Source: Acidimicrobiia bacterium (lineage in GTDB: Bacteria; Actinomycetota; Acidimicrobiia; IMCC26256; PALSA-555). Taken from it: a stretch of DNA of 46,797 nt. The notes beneath the pieces were generated by a model. It was not told where the DNA came from, searched no databases, and saw only the letters and a program-made list of their open reading frames with translations. Location: positions 1 to 46,797 of the forward strand of contig DATBSK010000037.1 of the NCBI GenBank assembly GCA_036559825.1, in the 5' to 3' direction. Each line of letters opens with the position of its first letter. Position 1 is the first letter of the stretch. This document shows positions 31,338-41,291 of the stretch, piece by piece. The position numbers and the translations under genes were made by a program.

Positions 31338-31846
31338 GGTTCCGGATACCGCCGAACGACGGGTTGCTCGACTGGATCGCCGACCAGGCGGACCCACCGG
31401 TCCGCCGGATCTGGTCGCGCCGGCGCGTGCCGGTCGATGCGCTGCGCTGCCACCCGGACCTCTGCGATCGACTCGAATCGTCGGCGTCGGGACTGCCTGG
31501 CGTGCGACTCCGCTACCTCGTCGGGCTCCCGGTGCTGCTGCACGCCAACGGCGTCGCGTTCGCGATCGCGTCCGGCACCACCTGGATCGCGCTGCGGATC
31601 CCGCAGATCGGCCAGCGCGCCGTGATCCGGTCGCAGTGGGGCCGGCGCGGCCTCGACGGCGAGTGGGTCGACGTCGATCCGTGGATCACGGATCTGCCGG
31701 CGCGCGAGGGCACGAGCCGGCTGCGGGGCTGGACCCGCGCGGCGCACGCCCACGCCGGCGAGCTGTGGTCACGCCGTTCGGACCGGCGAGCACCGTCGCG
31801 GTGGCGGCCGTCGACACCGCCCCCGAGCCCGCGGTCGCACCCCTAG
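31334..31846 (+). CDS. Hypothetical protein (170 aa), translationally coupled to the acyl-CoA dehydrogenase
   Basis: The ATG overlaps the ACAD stop (ATGA). Third codon positions are strongly G/C, consistent with coding. I recognise no domain. The Pro/Arg/Ser-rich tail overlaps the lepA stop by 4 nt. Confidence 0.5.
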   Translation: MRFRIPPNDGLLDWIADQADPPVRRIWSRRRVPVDALRCHPDLCDRLESSASGLPGVRLRYLVGLPVLLHANGVAFAIASGTTWIALRIPQIGQRAVIRSQWGRRGLDGEWVDVDPWITDLPAREGTSRLRGWTRAAHAHAGELWSRRSDRRAPSRWRPSTPPPSPRSHP

Positions 31847-33633
31847 TAGTCGTCGAGGCGCAACGCGGCGACGAACGCCTCCTGTGGGACCTCGACGCGG
31901 CCGATCTGCTTCATCCGCCGCTTGCCCTCCTTCTGGCGCTCGAGCAGCTTCCGCTTGCGCGTCACGTCCCCGCCGTAGCACTTGGCGATCACGTCTTTGC
32001 GCTTCGCCTTCACGGTTTCGCGTGCGATGATCCTGCCCGCGATCGCGGCCTGGATCGGGACGTCGAAGAGCTGGCGCGGGATCAGCTCGCGCAGCTTGTC
32101 GGTCATTCGCTTTCCGTACTCGTACGCCCGGTCCCGGTGCACGATCGTCGAGAAGGCGTCGACCGGCACGCCGTTCAGGAGCACGTCGACCTTCACGAGG
32201 CGAGCGGCGCGGTAGCCGGCCGGCTCGTAGTCGAGGCTCGCGTAGCCACGGGTGCGCGACTTCAGCTGATCGAAGAAGTCCATGACGATCTCGGCCAGCG
32301 GCATGTCGTAGACGAGCTCGACACGATCCTCGGAGAGGTACTCCATGCGCATCTGCTCGCCACGCCGGCCCTGGCAGAGCTCGATCACCGCGCCGACGTA
32401 ATCGGTCGGCGTGAGGGCGGTCACGGTCACGTAGGGCTCCTCGATGGAATCGATCTGGTTCGACGCAGGCATGGCCGACGGGTTGTCGACGACCACGACG
32501 TCCCCGTCGACGAGGCGGACGTGGTACTCGACGTTCGGCGCCGTGGCGACGAGCGAGAGGTCGTACTCGCGCTCGAGCCGCTCGCGGATGATCTCCATGT
32601 GCAGGAGCCCGAGGAAGCCGCAGCGGAAGCCGAAGCCGAGCGCCCCCGAGGTCTCGGGCTCGTACGTGAACGACGAGTCGTTGAGGCGGAGGCGTTCGAG
32701 CGCCTCCCGCAGGTCGGCGTACTCGTCGCCCACGACGGGGTACAGCCCGCAGAACACCATCGGCTTCGGGTCGCGGTAGCCGGGCAGCGGCTGACCGGGC
32801 TTCGCGGGCGTCGTGACCGTCTCGCCGACGCGCGCCTCGCCGACCTCCTTGATCCCGGCGATCAGGTAGCCGACCTCGCCCGGGCCCAACGACGCGACCG
32901 GCGTGGGCTCCGGCGTCCGGACCCCGATCTCCTCGGCCTCGTGCGTGGCGTTCGCCTGCAGGTACGAGAGCCGCGCGCCGCTCACGAGCGTGCCGGCGAA
33001 CACCCGGACCGCGCTCACGACGCCGCGGTAGGTGTCGTAGTACGAGTCGAAGATGAGCGCCTGGAGCGGCGCGTCCGCATCGCCCGCCGGCGCGGGGATG
33101 CGCGCGACGACCGCGTCGAGGAGCTCGGGCACGCCGTCACCCGTCTTGGCCGAGATGCGCAGGATCTCTCCCGCGGGGATGCCCAGGACCCGTTCGATCT
33201 CGGCGGCGCGGCGGTCGGGCTCGGCCGCGGGCAGGTCGATCTTGTTGAGCGCGGCGACGATCGTGAGGTCGGCTTCGAGCGCGGCGAAGCAGTTCGCGAG
33301 GGTCTGGGCCTCGATCCCCTGGCTGGAATCGACCAGGAGGAGCGCGCCCTCGCAGGCGGCGAGGCTGCGGGAGACCTCGTACCCGAAGTCGACGTGACCG
33401 GGTGTATCGATCAGGTGCAGCACGTGGTCGCGCCAGGTGACGCGCACGTTCTGCGCCTTGATCGTGATGCCGCGCTCGCGCTCGAGATCCATCGAGTCGA
33501 GGTACTGCGCCCGCATCGACCGCGGGTCGACCGCGCCGCAGAGCTCGAGCACGCGATCGGCGAGGGTCGACTTGCCGTGGTCGATGTGCGCGACGACGGA
33601 GAGGTTGCGAAAGCGCTCGCGGGGTGCGTCCAT
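31843..33633 (-). CDS. lepA: Translation elongation factor 4 (LepA)
   Basis: [20 protein letters not shown] ... [10 protein letters not shown] ... NKIDL. The C-terminal LepA-specific region ends in [28 protein letters not shown]. Confidence 0.96.
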   Translation of the reverse strand: MDAPRERFRNLSVVAHIDHGKSTLADRVLELCGAVDPRSMRAQYLDSMDLERERGITIKAQNVRVTWRDHVLHLIDTPGHVDFGYEVSRSLAACEGALLLVDSSQGIEAQTLANCFAALEADLTIVAALNKIDLPAAEPDRRAAEIERVLGIPAGEILRISAKTGDGVPELLDAVVARIPAPAGDADAPLQALIFDSYYDTYRGVVSAVRVFAGTLVSGARLSYLQANATHEAEEIGVRTPEPTPVASLGPGEVGYLIAGIKEVGEARVGETVTTPAKPGQPLPGYRDPKPMVFCGLYPVVGDEYADLREALERLRLNDSSFTYEPETSGALGFGFRCGFLGLLHMEIIRERLEREYDLSLVATAPNVEYHVRLVDGDVVVVDNPSAMPASNQIDSIEEPYVTVTALTPTDYVGAVIELCQGRRGEQMRMEYLSEDRVELVYDMPLAEIVMDFFDQLKSRTRGYASLDYEPAGYRAARLVKVDVLLNGVPVDAFSTIVHRDRAYEYGKRMTDKLRELIPRQLFDVPIQAAIAGRIIARETVKAKRKDVIAKCYGGDVTRKRKLLERQKEGKRRMKQIGRVEVPQEAFVAALRLDDY

Positions 33634-33736
33634 GGCCTCGCCGAGTCTCGCAGGTGCCCCCGGCCCGACCCCGGGTTGGGTGGACGGCTAGCCTGGTGCG
33701 TCCCCGGACGGAACCTTCTCGGAGCTCGAGCGCGCG

Positions 33737-34105
33737 ATGGCGAACATCAAGGGTCAGATCAAGCGGAACCGCCAGAACGAGCGGCGCCGTCTCCGCAACA
33801 AGGCCGTGCGCTCGGAGCTGAAGAGCCGGGTCAAGGTCGCCGACCAGGCGATCGCCGAGGGCTCGGCGGACGCGCCCGAGGCGCTGCGCCAGGCCCAGAA
33901 GCGCCTGGGGAAGGCCGCGGCGAGGGGCCGGATCCACAAGAACCAGGCGGCGCGGCGGACGTCCCGCTTGATGCAGCGCGCGGCGCGCCCCGCCGGCACC
34001 ACCACGCGCGCCACGGGCGCGACGGCCAAGAAGGCCACCGGCACACGCAAGAAGGCCACGGGCACGCGCAAGAAGGCAGCGGGCGCGACGAAGAAGCGCG
34101 GCTGA
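33737..34105 (+). CDS. rpsT: 30S ribosomal protein S20 with a ~39-aa Lys/Ala/Thr-rich C-terminal extension
   Basis: MANIKGQIKRNRQNERRRLRNKAVRSELKS ... RIHKNQAARRTSRLMQRAA forms the canonical S20 core, followed by ...TAKKATGTRKKATGTRKKAAGATKKRG. Confidence 0.93.
   Translation: MANIKGQIKRNRQNERRRLRNKAVRSELKSRVKVADQAIAEGSADAPEALRQAQKRLGKAAARGRIHKNQAARRTSRLMQRAARPAGTTTRATGATAKKATGTRKKATGTRKKAAGATKKRG
34028..34102 (+). repeat. About 3.5 tandem copies of a 21-bp unit encoding KKATGTR-type repeats in the S20 tail
   Basis: aagaaggccaccggcacacgc (34028-34048), aagaaggccacgggcacgcgc (34049-34069), aagaaggcagcgggcgcgacg (34070-34090), aagaagcgcggc (34091-34102). Confidence 0.85.
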
Positions 34106-34118
34106 CCGAACGCCGGGC

Positions 34119-35177
34119 CTAGCGGCGGAGTCGCTCGCCGCGAGTCGGCCGGCCGCCGCCGGCACGGGCGCTGAGCTCGGCGAGACGAGTGACGAGCAGC
34201 TCGAGCACCGCGTCCTCCGGGATTGCGCGCTCACCCTTGATGTCGAGGTCCGCCCGCGCGAGGTGGTCGAAGGCCTGACGCAGCCCGTCGCTCCCGAGCG
34301 CGCGGGCCTGGCGCAGCCGGAACCGCGCCGCGTTCGGGCTCGTCCGCCCGCCGAGCGCGGCCGCGGCGTCCTCGGCGCTGCGCACCTCGGGATCGTCGAG
34401 CGCGAGGAGCTTGCGGTACTGCGAGTGCAGGAGCCCGAGCACCTGGAGGGAGTGCATCGGCTTCGGCTGCAGCGGGCTCGTGACGGTGAGCATCGTGTGC
34501 AGCGCCCCGAGTGCAGCCGCGACGTCGCCCTTCTCGATCGCGTTGGTGAGGTCCCAGACGGGCACGCTGCCGCTGTCGGTGAGGTAGGGCACGACCTGCT
34601 CGGTCGTCAGCGACGCGCCGGGCCCGAAGGTCGACGAGAGCGTGTCGACGACCCCGGGGATCAGGCCCGCGTCGTTGCCGACGTGACCGAGCACGACCTT
34701 CGCCGCGTCGCCCTGCAACCGCAGCTCTGCCGCCGCGAGCTCTCGGGCGAGCACGTCGGCCGGCTTCGTCGCCTCGGGACCGCGCACCGTGCCGGCGCGC
34801 TTCACCTCCTGCTCGAGGCTCTTCGGGGTGCGGCCACCGCCCGCGACGAGCACGAGCGCCGTCGTCGGCAACGGCGCCTCGAGGTAGCGGAGGATGCCAT
34901 CGATCTCCGACGCGGCGAGCAGGCCGACTTCTCGCAGCACGACGATGCGTCGCGTCGTCATGAAGGGTGGCGTCGCCGCCGCGTTCAGCACCTCGTCGAC
35001 GACGGCTTGCCGCGCTTCTGCGCCCCCACCGTCGCCCTCTCCCGCGCCGCGGGCGGGGACCTCGTGATCCTCGAGCGCGAGCGTCGGATCGTCGCCGTCG
35101 AGCAGCTCGCCGAGCAGGGCTCCCAGCGCGCCCGCCCGCAGGACGGGGTCGTCGCCGGTGACGAGATGGACGCTCAC
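34119..35177 (-). CDS. holA: DNA polymerase III subunit delta
   Basis: 352 aa from the GTG at 35177, which overlaps the folP-like stop as GTGA. N-terminus VHLVTGDDPVLRAGALGALLGELL. It holds the conserved position between comEC and rpsT. The family call rests mainly on synteny and general sequence character. Confidence 0.78.
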   Translation of the reverse strand: MSVHLVTGDDPVLRAGALGALLGELLDGDDPTLALEDHEVPARGAGEGDGGGAEARQAVVDEVLNAAATPPFMTTRRIVVLREVGLLAASEIDGILRYLEAPLPTTALVLVAGGGRTPKSLEQEVKRAGTVRGPEATKPADVLARELAAAELRLQGDAAKVVLGHVGNDAGLIPGVVDTLSSTFGPGASLTTEQVVPYLTDSGSVPVWDLTNAIEKGDVAAALGALHTMLTVTSPLQPKPMHSLQVLGLLHSQYRKLLALDDPEVRSAEDAAAALGGRTSPNAARFRLRQARALGSDGLRQAFDHLARADLDIKGERAIPEDAVLELLVTRLAELSARAGGGRPTRGERLRR

Positions 35178-36019
35178 GACGACCCGACCTCGGCGAGCAA
35201 GGCCTCGATCGTGCGGCAGACGCGCACGCTGCCCGCGACGTCGTGGACGCGCACGATGCGACAGCCGTGCGACACCCCGTACGCGACCGCGGCGAGGGAG
35301 GCGTCGCGGCGGTCGTCGATCTCGAGGCCGAGCAGGTCTCCGAGGAAGCGCTTGTTGGAGGCCGAGAGCAGCACCGCGCAGCCGTGTCCGGCGAGCCGCT
35401 CGCTCGCGCGCAGCAGCGCCGCGCTCATCGCCGCGGTCTTCCCGAGGTCGAGCCCGGCGTCGATCGCGACCTGGCTCGCGGCGAGCCCCGCGGCTCGGGC
35501 CCAGCCCACCCGCTCGACGAGGAACGACTCGACCTCGCCCACGAGATCGGTGTACGGCGGCTCGGGGTCGGGCACGCGCGGCGCGAGGCGGATGTGGGTG
35601 GCGACGACGGACGCGTCGTGCTTCGCGGCGACGGCGAGGTACTCGGGATCGGCGAAGCCGCTGATGTCGTTGCCGACGACGACGCCCGCGCGGCACGCCT
35701 CGTCGAGCACCGTCGCGCGCCAGGTGTCGGCGGACAGCGGAGTGTCGAATCGCTCGTGCAGCGCTTCGACCGCCGGGATCAGACGGTCGAGCTCCTCCGC
35801 CTCCGTGACCTCGGGTCCCGGGCCGGCCTTCACGCCGCCGATGTCGAGGAGGTCCGCGCCCTCCCGGACGAGCTCGGCCGCGCGCACGCACAGCGCGTCC
35901 AGCTCGAACGTCGCGCCCTTGTCGTAGAACGAGTCGGGCGTCCGGTTGAGGATGCCCATCACGAGCGTCCGCACGGAGAGGTCGTGGACGACGTCACCCA
36001 GGCGGAACGACCAGCGCAC
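35174..36019 (-). CDS. Dihydropteroate synthase family protein, FolP2-like paralogue
   Basis: Pterin-binding fold: VMGILNRTPDSFYDKGATF ... DIGGVKAGPG ... SADTWRA ... NDISG ... DAGLDLGKT ... LLSASNKRFLG ... RVHDV. The start is uncertain: the GTG at 36019 overlaps the comEC end by 26 nt, and the GTG at 35974 is an alternative. Confidence 0.82.
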   Translation of the reverse strand: MRWSFRLGDVVHDLSVRTLVMGILNRTPDSFYDKGATFELDALCVRAAELVREGADLLDIGGVKAGPGPEVTEAEELDRLIPAVEALHERFDTPLSADTWRATVLDEACRAGVVVGNDISGFADPEYLAVAAKHDASVVATHIRLAPRVPDPEPPYTDLVGEVESFLVERVGWARAAGLAASQVAIDAGLDLGKTAAMSAALLRASERLAGHGCAVLLSASNKRFLGDLLGLEIDDRRDASLAAVAYGVSHGCRIVRVHDVAGSVRVCRTIEALLAEVGSS

Positions 36020-37499
36020 GCTCGCGGAGCATACGTCGGCGCTTCTGGCGCACTACGACCGTCGCCGCGGCGAGGACGATGGCCGCCGCGCCCACGGTGA
36101 CGTCGACCGCGTCGAGTGACGCGGGGACGCTGCTCGCGAGCGCCGCCAGCCCGAGCAGCGCCTGCGCCAGCACCCGCGTTGGGAGCTGCAACACCGCGCT
36201 GAGCGCCGGCGCGCTCGACCGGAGCATCCCCGCGGCGACACCTCCCGTCAGGCCCCACGTGGTCAGCGGTCCGGCGAGCGGGACCGCGAGCAGGTTGGCC
36301 GGGACGCACACGAGCGGGATCGAGCCGAAGACCGCGAGGAGCACCGGTGCCACGCCGATCTGCGCGGCGACGGTCGTGCCGATCGATTCGCGGAGCCAGG
36401 CCGGGCCAGGGAGGCGACGCGCGAGGGGACCCGACAGCACCGTGATGCCGAGGCTCGCGCCGCACGAGAGGAGGAAGCCGACCGACCGCAGGAGGAAGGG
36501 GTCGACGAGGAGGAGCGCGGTCGCGGCGACCGACAGGATCCGCACACCCTGCGACGGCCTCCCGACGTGGGCGGCGGCGACGGCCGTCGCCGCCATCACG
36601 CACGCCCGCAGCACCGACGGCTCCCAGCGCGTCATGGCACCGAAGACCACGAGCACGCTCCCGGTCACGACGAGCCGGAGGCCGCGGGTCGAGCGCCCGA
36701 GCAACGGACCCACGAGCGCGAGGACGAAGGCGACGTTGGCACCGGAGACCGCGAGCAGGTGCGAGAGACCGGACGCGCGGAACTGCTCGAGCACCTCGGG
36801 CGGCAGGTCACGCGTGTCGCCGAGCAGGAAACCGGCGACGAGCGCGGCTTCGCTTGGCGCGAGGCCGTCCGTGCCGCGCAGCACGATCGTGCGCGCTTCG
36901 TTCGCCGCGAGCGCCAGCGGCACGGTCGCCGGTGCGGCGTCGAGGAGGTCCCGCGCATCGAAGCGCGCCACGGCGTGCCGCCAGCGGGTGCGGCCGTCGA
37001 AGCCTTCGAGCGGCCGGAGCCAGCCGCGGAGCACGACCCGGTCGCCGGCGGCGAGCACTGCGGTTCGGACGGCCGCATCGCCCTCGGCGATCACGAGCAC
37101 GGTCCGATGCTCCGCGACGGAGCGCGTCCCGGCCGCGGTTCGGACCCGAGCCCGCTCGACGCGGAGGAGCACACGTGTGGACCACCGCGTGCCCTCGGGA
37201 TCGTCGACCAGCGAGCCCCGAACGACTGCATCGGCGCGGGCTGCGGCGGCGGCAACGACCGCGCCAGACATGAGCCCGTCGAGTGCCCGGCGCTCGAGCG
37301 CGCATCCAAGCGCGACGACGGCGACGACGAGCACCACGCTCCGAACGACGGGGGACCGTGCGAGCGCGAGCACGACCGCAGCGGCACCGGCGAGGACGAG
37401 CGTCGCGCCCGCGCCGCCGGGGCCGAGCAGGTCCCCGGTGAGGATGCCGGCGACGGCCGCGAGCGGCGCGCCGATGAACGCGAGCCGCAGGCATCTCAC
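35994..37499 (-). CDS. comEC: ComEC/Rec2-family DNA internalisation channel protein, short form without a metallo-beta-lactamase domain
   Basis: Polytopic membrane protein with the Competence-domain motif LLGDTRDLPPEVLEQFRASGLSHLLAVSGANVAFV. At 501 aa it ends in TM helices. Confidence 0.85.
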   Translation of the reverse strand: MRCLRLAFIGAPLAAVAGILTGDLLGPGGAGATLVLAGAAAVVLALARSPVVRSVVLVVAVVALGCALERRALDGLMSGAVVAAAAARADAVVRGSLVDDPEGTRWSTRVLLRVERARVRTAAGTRSVAEHRTVLVIAEGDAAVRTAVLAAGDRVVLRGWLRPLEGFDGRTRWRHAVARFDARDLLDAAPATVPLALAANEARTIVLRGTDGLAPSEAALVAGFLLGDTRDLPPEVLEQFRASGLSHLLAVSGANVAFVLALVGPLLGRSTRGLRLVVTGSVLVVFGAMTRWEPSVLRACVMAATAVAAAHVGRPSQGVRILSVAATALLLVDPFLLRSVGFLLSCGASLGITVLSGPLARRLPGPAWLRESIGTTVAAQIGVAPVLLAVFGSIPLVCVPANLLAVPLAGPLTTWGLTGGVAAGMLRSSAPALSAVLQLPTRVLAQALLGLAALASSVPASLDAVDVTVGAAAIVLAAATVVVRQKRRRMLRERALVVPPG

Positions 37500-38269
37500 G
37501 CTGTGACGAGATCCTCGAGTTCGGCGAAGCGCTTCTCGCCGATCCCGTCCACGTCGCGCAGCTCCTGCACGCTGCGGAAGCCACCGCGGCGCTGGCGCTC
37601 GTCGATGATCGCCGCGGCGAGCACGGGCCCGATGCCGGGCAGGCTCTCGAGGTCGGCTTGCGAAGCCGTGTTGAGGTTCACGCGGGCGGGCGTCGAGCCG
37701 CCGGCGCCGGAGGAACCGCCGGCCTCGCCGTCACCGGGGGCGCCCGGGCTCGGCGGGTCACCCACTCGCTGCACGAGGACGCGCTCGCCGTCGGCCACCT
37801 TCGCGGCGAGGTTGAGGCGGTCGAGGTCCGCGCCGTCGGCCGCACCACCCGCGGCTTCGACCGCGTCGATGACGCGGGATCCGGCGGCGAGCTCGACGAC
37901 CCCGGGGGTCGCGACAGCACCCGCGACGTGCACGACGAGCACACCGCGCCGGTCGGTGGTGGTCGGACCGGCGGTGCTCGTGATGCTCGGCGCCGCGCCA
38001 TGCGCGTCTGCAGCACGCCGCGGTGGCGGATCGCTCCCGCCGCCGACCCCGATGCGGTACCAGACGACGCCGACCACGACGGCGGCGATGACGAGCAGGG
38101 CGAGGCCGAGGCGCGCGTCGGCGCGCCAGACGTCGAACACGTCGAGGGCACGCTGCCACGGGCCGTCGGGCAACGGCCGCCGCGGCCGGCGCCGCCCGCG
38201 GCGCGGGCCACCGCCCCAGAACGCGGGATCGGGGAAGCCGGGGCGCTCGGGCGGCGCGGCGTCGGGCAC
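37496..38269 (-). CDS. comEA: ComEA-family DNA-binding protein (TM anchor, SLBB domain, helix-hairpin-helix)
   Basis: VHVAGAVATPGVVELAAGSRVIDAVEAAGG (SLBB) and VNLNTASQADLESLPGIGPVLAAAIIDERQRRGGFRSVQELRDVDGIGEKRF (HhH). Confidence 0.88.
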   Translation of the reverse strand: MPDAAPPERPGFPDPAFWGGGPRRGRRRPRRPLPDGPWQRALDVFDVWRADARLGLALLVIAAVVVGVVWYRIGVGGGSDPPPRRAADAHGAAPSITSTAGPTTTDRRGVLVVHVAGAVATPGVVELAAGSRVIDAVEAAGGAADGADLDRLNLAAKVADGERVLVQRVGDPPSPGAPGDGEAGGSSGAGGSTPARVNLNTASQADLESLPGIGPVLAAAIIDERQRRGGFRSVQELRDVDGIGEKRFAELEDLVTA

Positions 38270-38273
38270 GACA

Positions 38274-38290
38274 CCGCGGAAGCACCGCGG
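38274..38290 (-). terminator. Short hairpin between the leuS stop and the comEA start
   Basis: ccgcgg-aagca-ccgcgg forms a 6-bp stem. Located 25 nt downstream of the leuS stop. No U-tract; weak. Confidence 0.25.
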
Positions 38291-38314
38291 CTCGGGACGT
38301 GACGTCGAGTCGCC

Positions 38315-41152
38315 TCAGGCGGTGACGAAGTTGACCAGGCGCCCGGGGACGACCACCACCTTGCGCACGGTCGCGCCGTGGAGCAGGGCCGCGACGCGGT
38401 CATCGGCCCTCGCCGCTGCCTCGACGGCCTCGCCGTCGGCACCGACGGGGACGCGCACCCGACTGCGCACCTTGCCGTCGACCTGCACGGGCACCTCGAC
38501 CTCGTCCTCGACGAGCAACGCCGCATCCGCCTGCGGGAACGGCTCGAACGCAAGCGACTGCGCGTGCCCGAGGCGGCTCCACAGCTCCTCGGCGACGTGG
38601 GGCGCGAGCGGCGCCACCATGAGCACGAGGGGCTCCACGCCCTCGCGCGGTGGTCCCTCGCGACCGCTCGCCTGGGTGAGCCGGTTGTTGAGCTCGGTGA
38701 GCCGCGCGATCGCGGTGTTGAACTTCAGCTCACCCATGTCGTCACGCACCGCGGCGATGGTGCGGTGGAGGATCCGGCGTGTCTCCTCGTCGGCGGCGGC
38801 GTCGGAGACGCGGACCTCTCCCGTGTCCTCGTCGACCACGTTGCGCCACAGTCGCTGCAGGAAGCGGTGCACGCCGACGATGTCGGCGGTGCTCCACGGC
38901 CGGCTCGCGTCGAGGGGCCCCGTCGACATCTCGTAGAGCCGGAGCGTGTCGGCGCCGAAGTCACGGTAGATGTCGTCGGGCGTCACCATGTTCTTCAGGC
39001 TCTTGCCGATCTTCCCGAGCTCGCGTGTCACGCGCTCGCCGCCGTGGAAGAACGCGCCGTCGCGCTCGACGACCTCGCTCGCCTCGACCGCGATGCCGCG
39101 CGAATCGCGGTACACGGGTGCCTGGATGTAGCCCTGGTTGTAGAGCCGGTGGAACGGCTCGGGGCTCGAGACATGGCCGAGGTCGGCGAGCACCTTGTGC
39201 CAGAACCGGGCGTACAGCAGGTGCAGCACGGCGTGCTCCACGCCGCCGACGTACAGGTCGACGCCGCTCGGTGCCATCCAGTAGCGGTCGACCTCGGGAT
39301 CGACGAGCGCGTCCTCGTTCGTGGGATCGAGGTAACGGAGGTAGTACCAGCACGACCCGGCCCACTGCGGCATCGTGTTCGTCTCGCGCACGTAGCGCCG
39401 CGGGCCGTCGCCGAGGTCGAGCTCGACCTCGAGCCACGACTCGGCACGCGCCAGCGGCGGCTCGGGGTCGCTGTCCGCGTCGTCGGGGGCGAGGGCGAGC
39501 GGCTTGAAGTCGTCGAGGTCGGGGAGCTCGACGGGCAGCGCGTGCTCCGGCACCGCGTGCGGGTCGCCGTGCTCGTCGTAGACGATCGGGAACGGCTCAC
39601 CCCAGTACCGCTGGCGACTGAACAGCCAATCGCGCAGCTTGTAGGTGACCGCCGGCGCGCCGTACCCGGACTCCTCGAGCCACTCGTTGATGCGCGCCTT
39701 GGCTTCGTCCACGGGCAGCCCGTCGAGGAACCCGCTGTTGATCGCGGGTCCGTCGCCGAGGTACGCGTCACCCTCGAAACCCTCGGGCGGCTGCACCGTG
39801 CGCACGATCGGGAGCTCGAACTCCTCGGCGAACTCCCAGTCGCGCTCGTCCTGACCCGGCACCGCCATGATCGCGCCGGTGCCGTACCCCATCAGCACGT
39901 AGTCCGCGATGAAGATCGGGATCACCCAGTCGTTCGCCGGGTTGTGCGCGAACGCGCCCGTGAAGACACCGGTCTTCTCGCGACCTTCGGCCTGTCGCTC
40001 GAGATCTGTCTTGCTCGCGGCGAAGTCGCGGTACCGGCGCATGGCCTCGCCCGGGAGGACGTCGAGGCCGAACGTCCCGCGCCAGATCGTCGGGATGTTC
40101 TGCGGCCACTCGGCGGGCACGACGACGTCCACGAGCGGATGCTCCGGCGCCAGCACCATGTACGTCGCGCCGAACAGTGTGTCGGGTCGGGTGGTGAAGA
40201 CCTCGATCTCGACGCCCTCGTGCTCCTCGACCGGGAATCGGATCATCGCCCCGGTGCTCCGGCCGATCCAGTTGCGCTGCATCGTCTTGATCGGCTCGGG
40301 CCAGTCGAGGAGGTCGAGGTCGCGCAGCAGCCGGTCGGCGTACTTGGTGATGGCGAGCTTCCACTGCTCGAGCGGCTTCTTGAAGACCGGGTAGTTGCCG
40401 CGCTCGCTGCGCCCCTCCGCCGTGACCTCCTCGTTCGCGAGGACGGTCCCGAGGCCGGGGCACCAGTTGACGGGCGCCTCGTCCAGGTACGCGAGGCGGT
40501 ACGAGTCGATCACGGCGCCGCGCGTGCGGTCGTCGAGCTCGCTCCAGGGCAGACCGTCGGGGTTCGCGTCGGACACGGGCTCGCGCGCGCCGGTCTCGAG
40601 CTGCTCGACCAGGTCGGCGATCGGCCGGGCGCGATCTGCCTCGTCGTCGTACCAGGAGCCGAAGATCTGGAGGAAGATCCACTGCGTCCAGCGGTAGTAG
40701 CCGACGTCGGTGGTGGAGATGCTCCGGCGTGGGTCGTGCGCCAACCCGAGCGCGCGGAGCTGGCGCCGCATCGTCGCGATGTTCGCGTCGGTCGCGGCGC
40801 GGGGATGCTGGCCCGTCTCGAGCGCGTACTGCTCGGCGGGCAACCCGAACGCGTCGTACCCGAGGGCGTGGAGCACGTTGCGCCCGTTCATCCGGTGGAA
40901 CCGGGCGAACACGTCGGTGCCGATGTAGCCCAGGGGATGGCCGACGTGGAGCCCGGCCCCGCTGGGGTACGGGAACATGTCGAGGACGTAGAGCCGCTGC
41001 CGGTTCCGCATGTCCTCGACGCCGTCGGCGAGCGCGCCGGTGGGGTTCGGGGTCCAGAACGTGTGGTGCTCGTCCCAGTGGTCCTGCCAGCGCGCTTCGA
41101 TCTCGTTCGCGAGGCGCGCGTTGTAGCGGAACGGAGGTGCGGCGTCACTCAT
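38315..41152 (-). CDS. leuS: Leucine--tRNA ligase
   Basis: 945 aa. HIGH-type motif [21 protein letters not shown]-type motif KIGKSLKN, and the CP1 editing domain. Confidence 0.97.
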   Translation of the reverse strand: MSDAAPPFRYNARLANEIEARWQDHWDEHHTFWTPNPTGALADGVEDMRNRQRLYVLDMFPYPSGAGLHVGHPLGYIGTDVFARFHRMNGRNVLHALGYDAFGLPAEQYALETGQHPRAATDANIATMRRQLRALGLAHDPRRSISTTDVGYYRWTQWIFLQIFGSWYDDEADRARPIADLVEQLETGAREPVSDANPDGLPWSELDDRTRGAVIDSYRLAYLDEAPVNWCPGLGTVLANEEVTAEGRSERGNYPVFKKPLEQWKLAITKYADRLLRDLDLLDWPEPIKTMQRNWIGRSTGAMIRFPVEEHEGVEIEVFTTRPDTLFGATYMVLAPEHPLVDVVVPAEWPQNIPTIWRGTFGLDVLPGEAMRRYRDFAASKTDLERQAEGREKTGVFTGAFAHNPANDWVIPIFIADYVLMGYGTGAIMAVPGQDERDWEFAEEFELPIVRTVQPPEGFEGDAYLGDGPAINSGFLDGLPVDEAKARINEWLEESGYGAPAVTYKLRDWLFSRQRYWGEPFPIVYDEHGDPHAVPEHALPVELPDLDDFKPLALAPDDADSDPEPPLARAESWLEVELDLGDGPRRYVRETNTMPQWAGSCWYYLRYLDPTNEDALVDPEVDRYWMAPSGVDLYVGGVEHAVLHLLYARFWHKVLADLGHVSSPEPFHRLYNQGYIQAPVYRDSRGIAVEASEVVERDGAFFHGGERVTRELGKIGKSLKNMVTPDDIYRDFGADTLRLYEMSTGPLDASRPWSTADIVGVHRFLQRLWRNVVDEDTGEVRVSDAAADEETRRILHRTIAAVRDDMGELKFNTAIARLTELNNRLTQASGREGPPREGVEPLVLMVAPLAPHVAEELWSRLGHAQSLAFEPFPQADAALLVEDEVEVPVQVDGKVRSRVRVPVGADGEAVEAAARADDRVAALLHGATVRKVVVVPGRLVNFVTA

Positions 41153-41291
41153 CTCGCGTTCGAGCGTAGTGATACGGGTCGCGAATGCCGGGCGGGGTTG
41201 CGTGTCACACCCGCGTGCGACGCTCCGGAACGTGTGTTCGGTGTGCGAGACGTTCGAGTCGGAACAGGCGACCGGTAACCTGGGCTCCGCC

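Noticed and set aside
31636-34122. Very long ORFs antisense to real genes. Examples are 31636-34122 (+) opposite lepA, 36567-38936 (+), 38378-41278 (+) opposite leuS, 17253-19022 (+) opposite ctaD and 44795-46720 (-).
   Set aside because: Their translations are Arg/Ala/Pro/Gly-rich low-complexity strings with no recognisable motifs. In each case the opposite strand encodes an unmistakable conserved protein. Such shadow ORFs are expected in DNA of about 70% GC, where stop codons are rare.
41153-41291. Possible T-box or other leader RNA upstream of leuS (139 nt) or glyQS (66 nt, 11853-11918).
   Set aside because: Both regions are much shorter than a T-box leader. Reading both strands, I could not find the conserved T-box sequence or a specifier/antiterminator architecture. 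The glyQS spacer holds only a short hairpin downstream of recO (tcgctc-gagg-gagcga) and an AT-rich patch.
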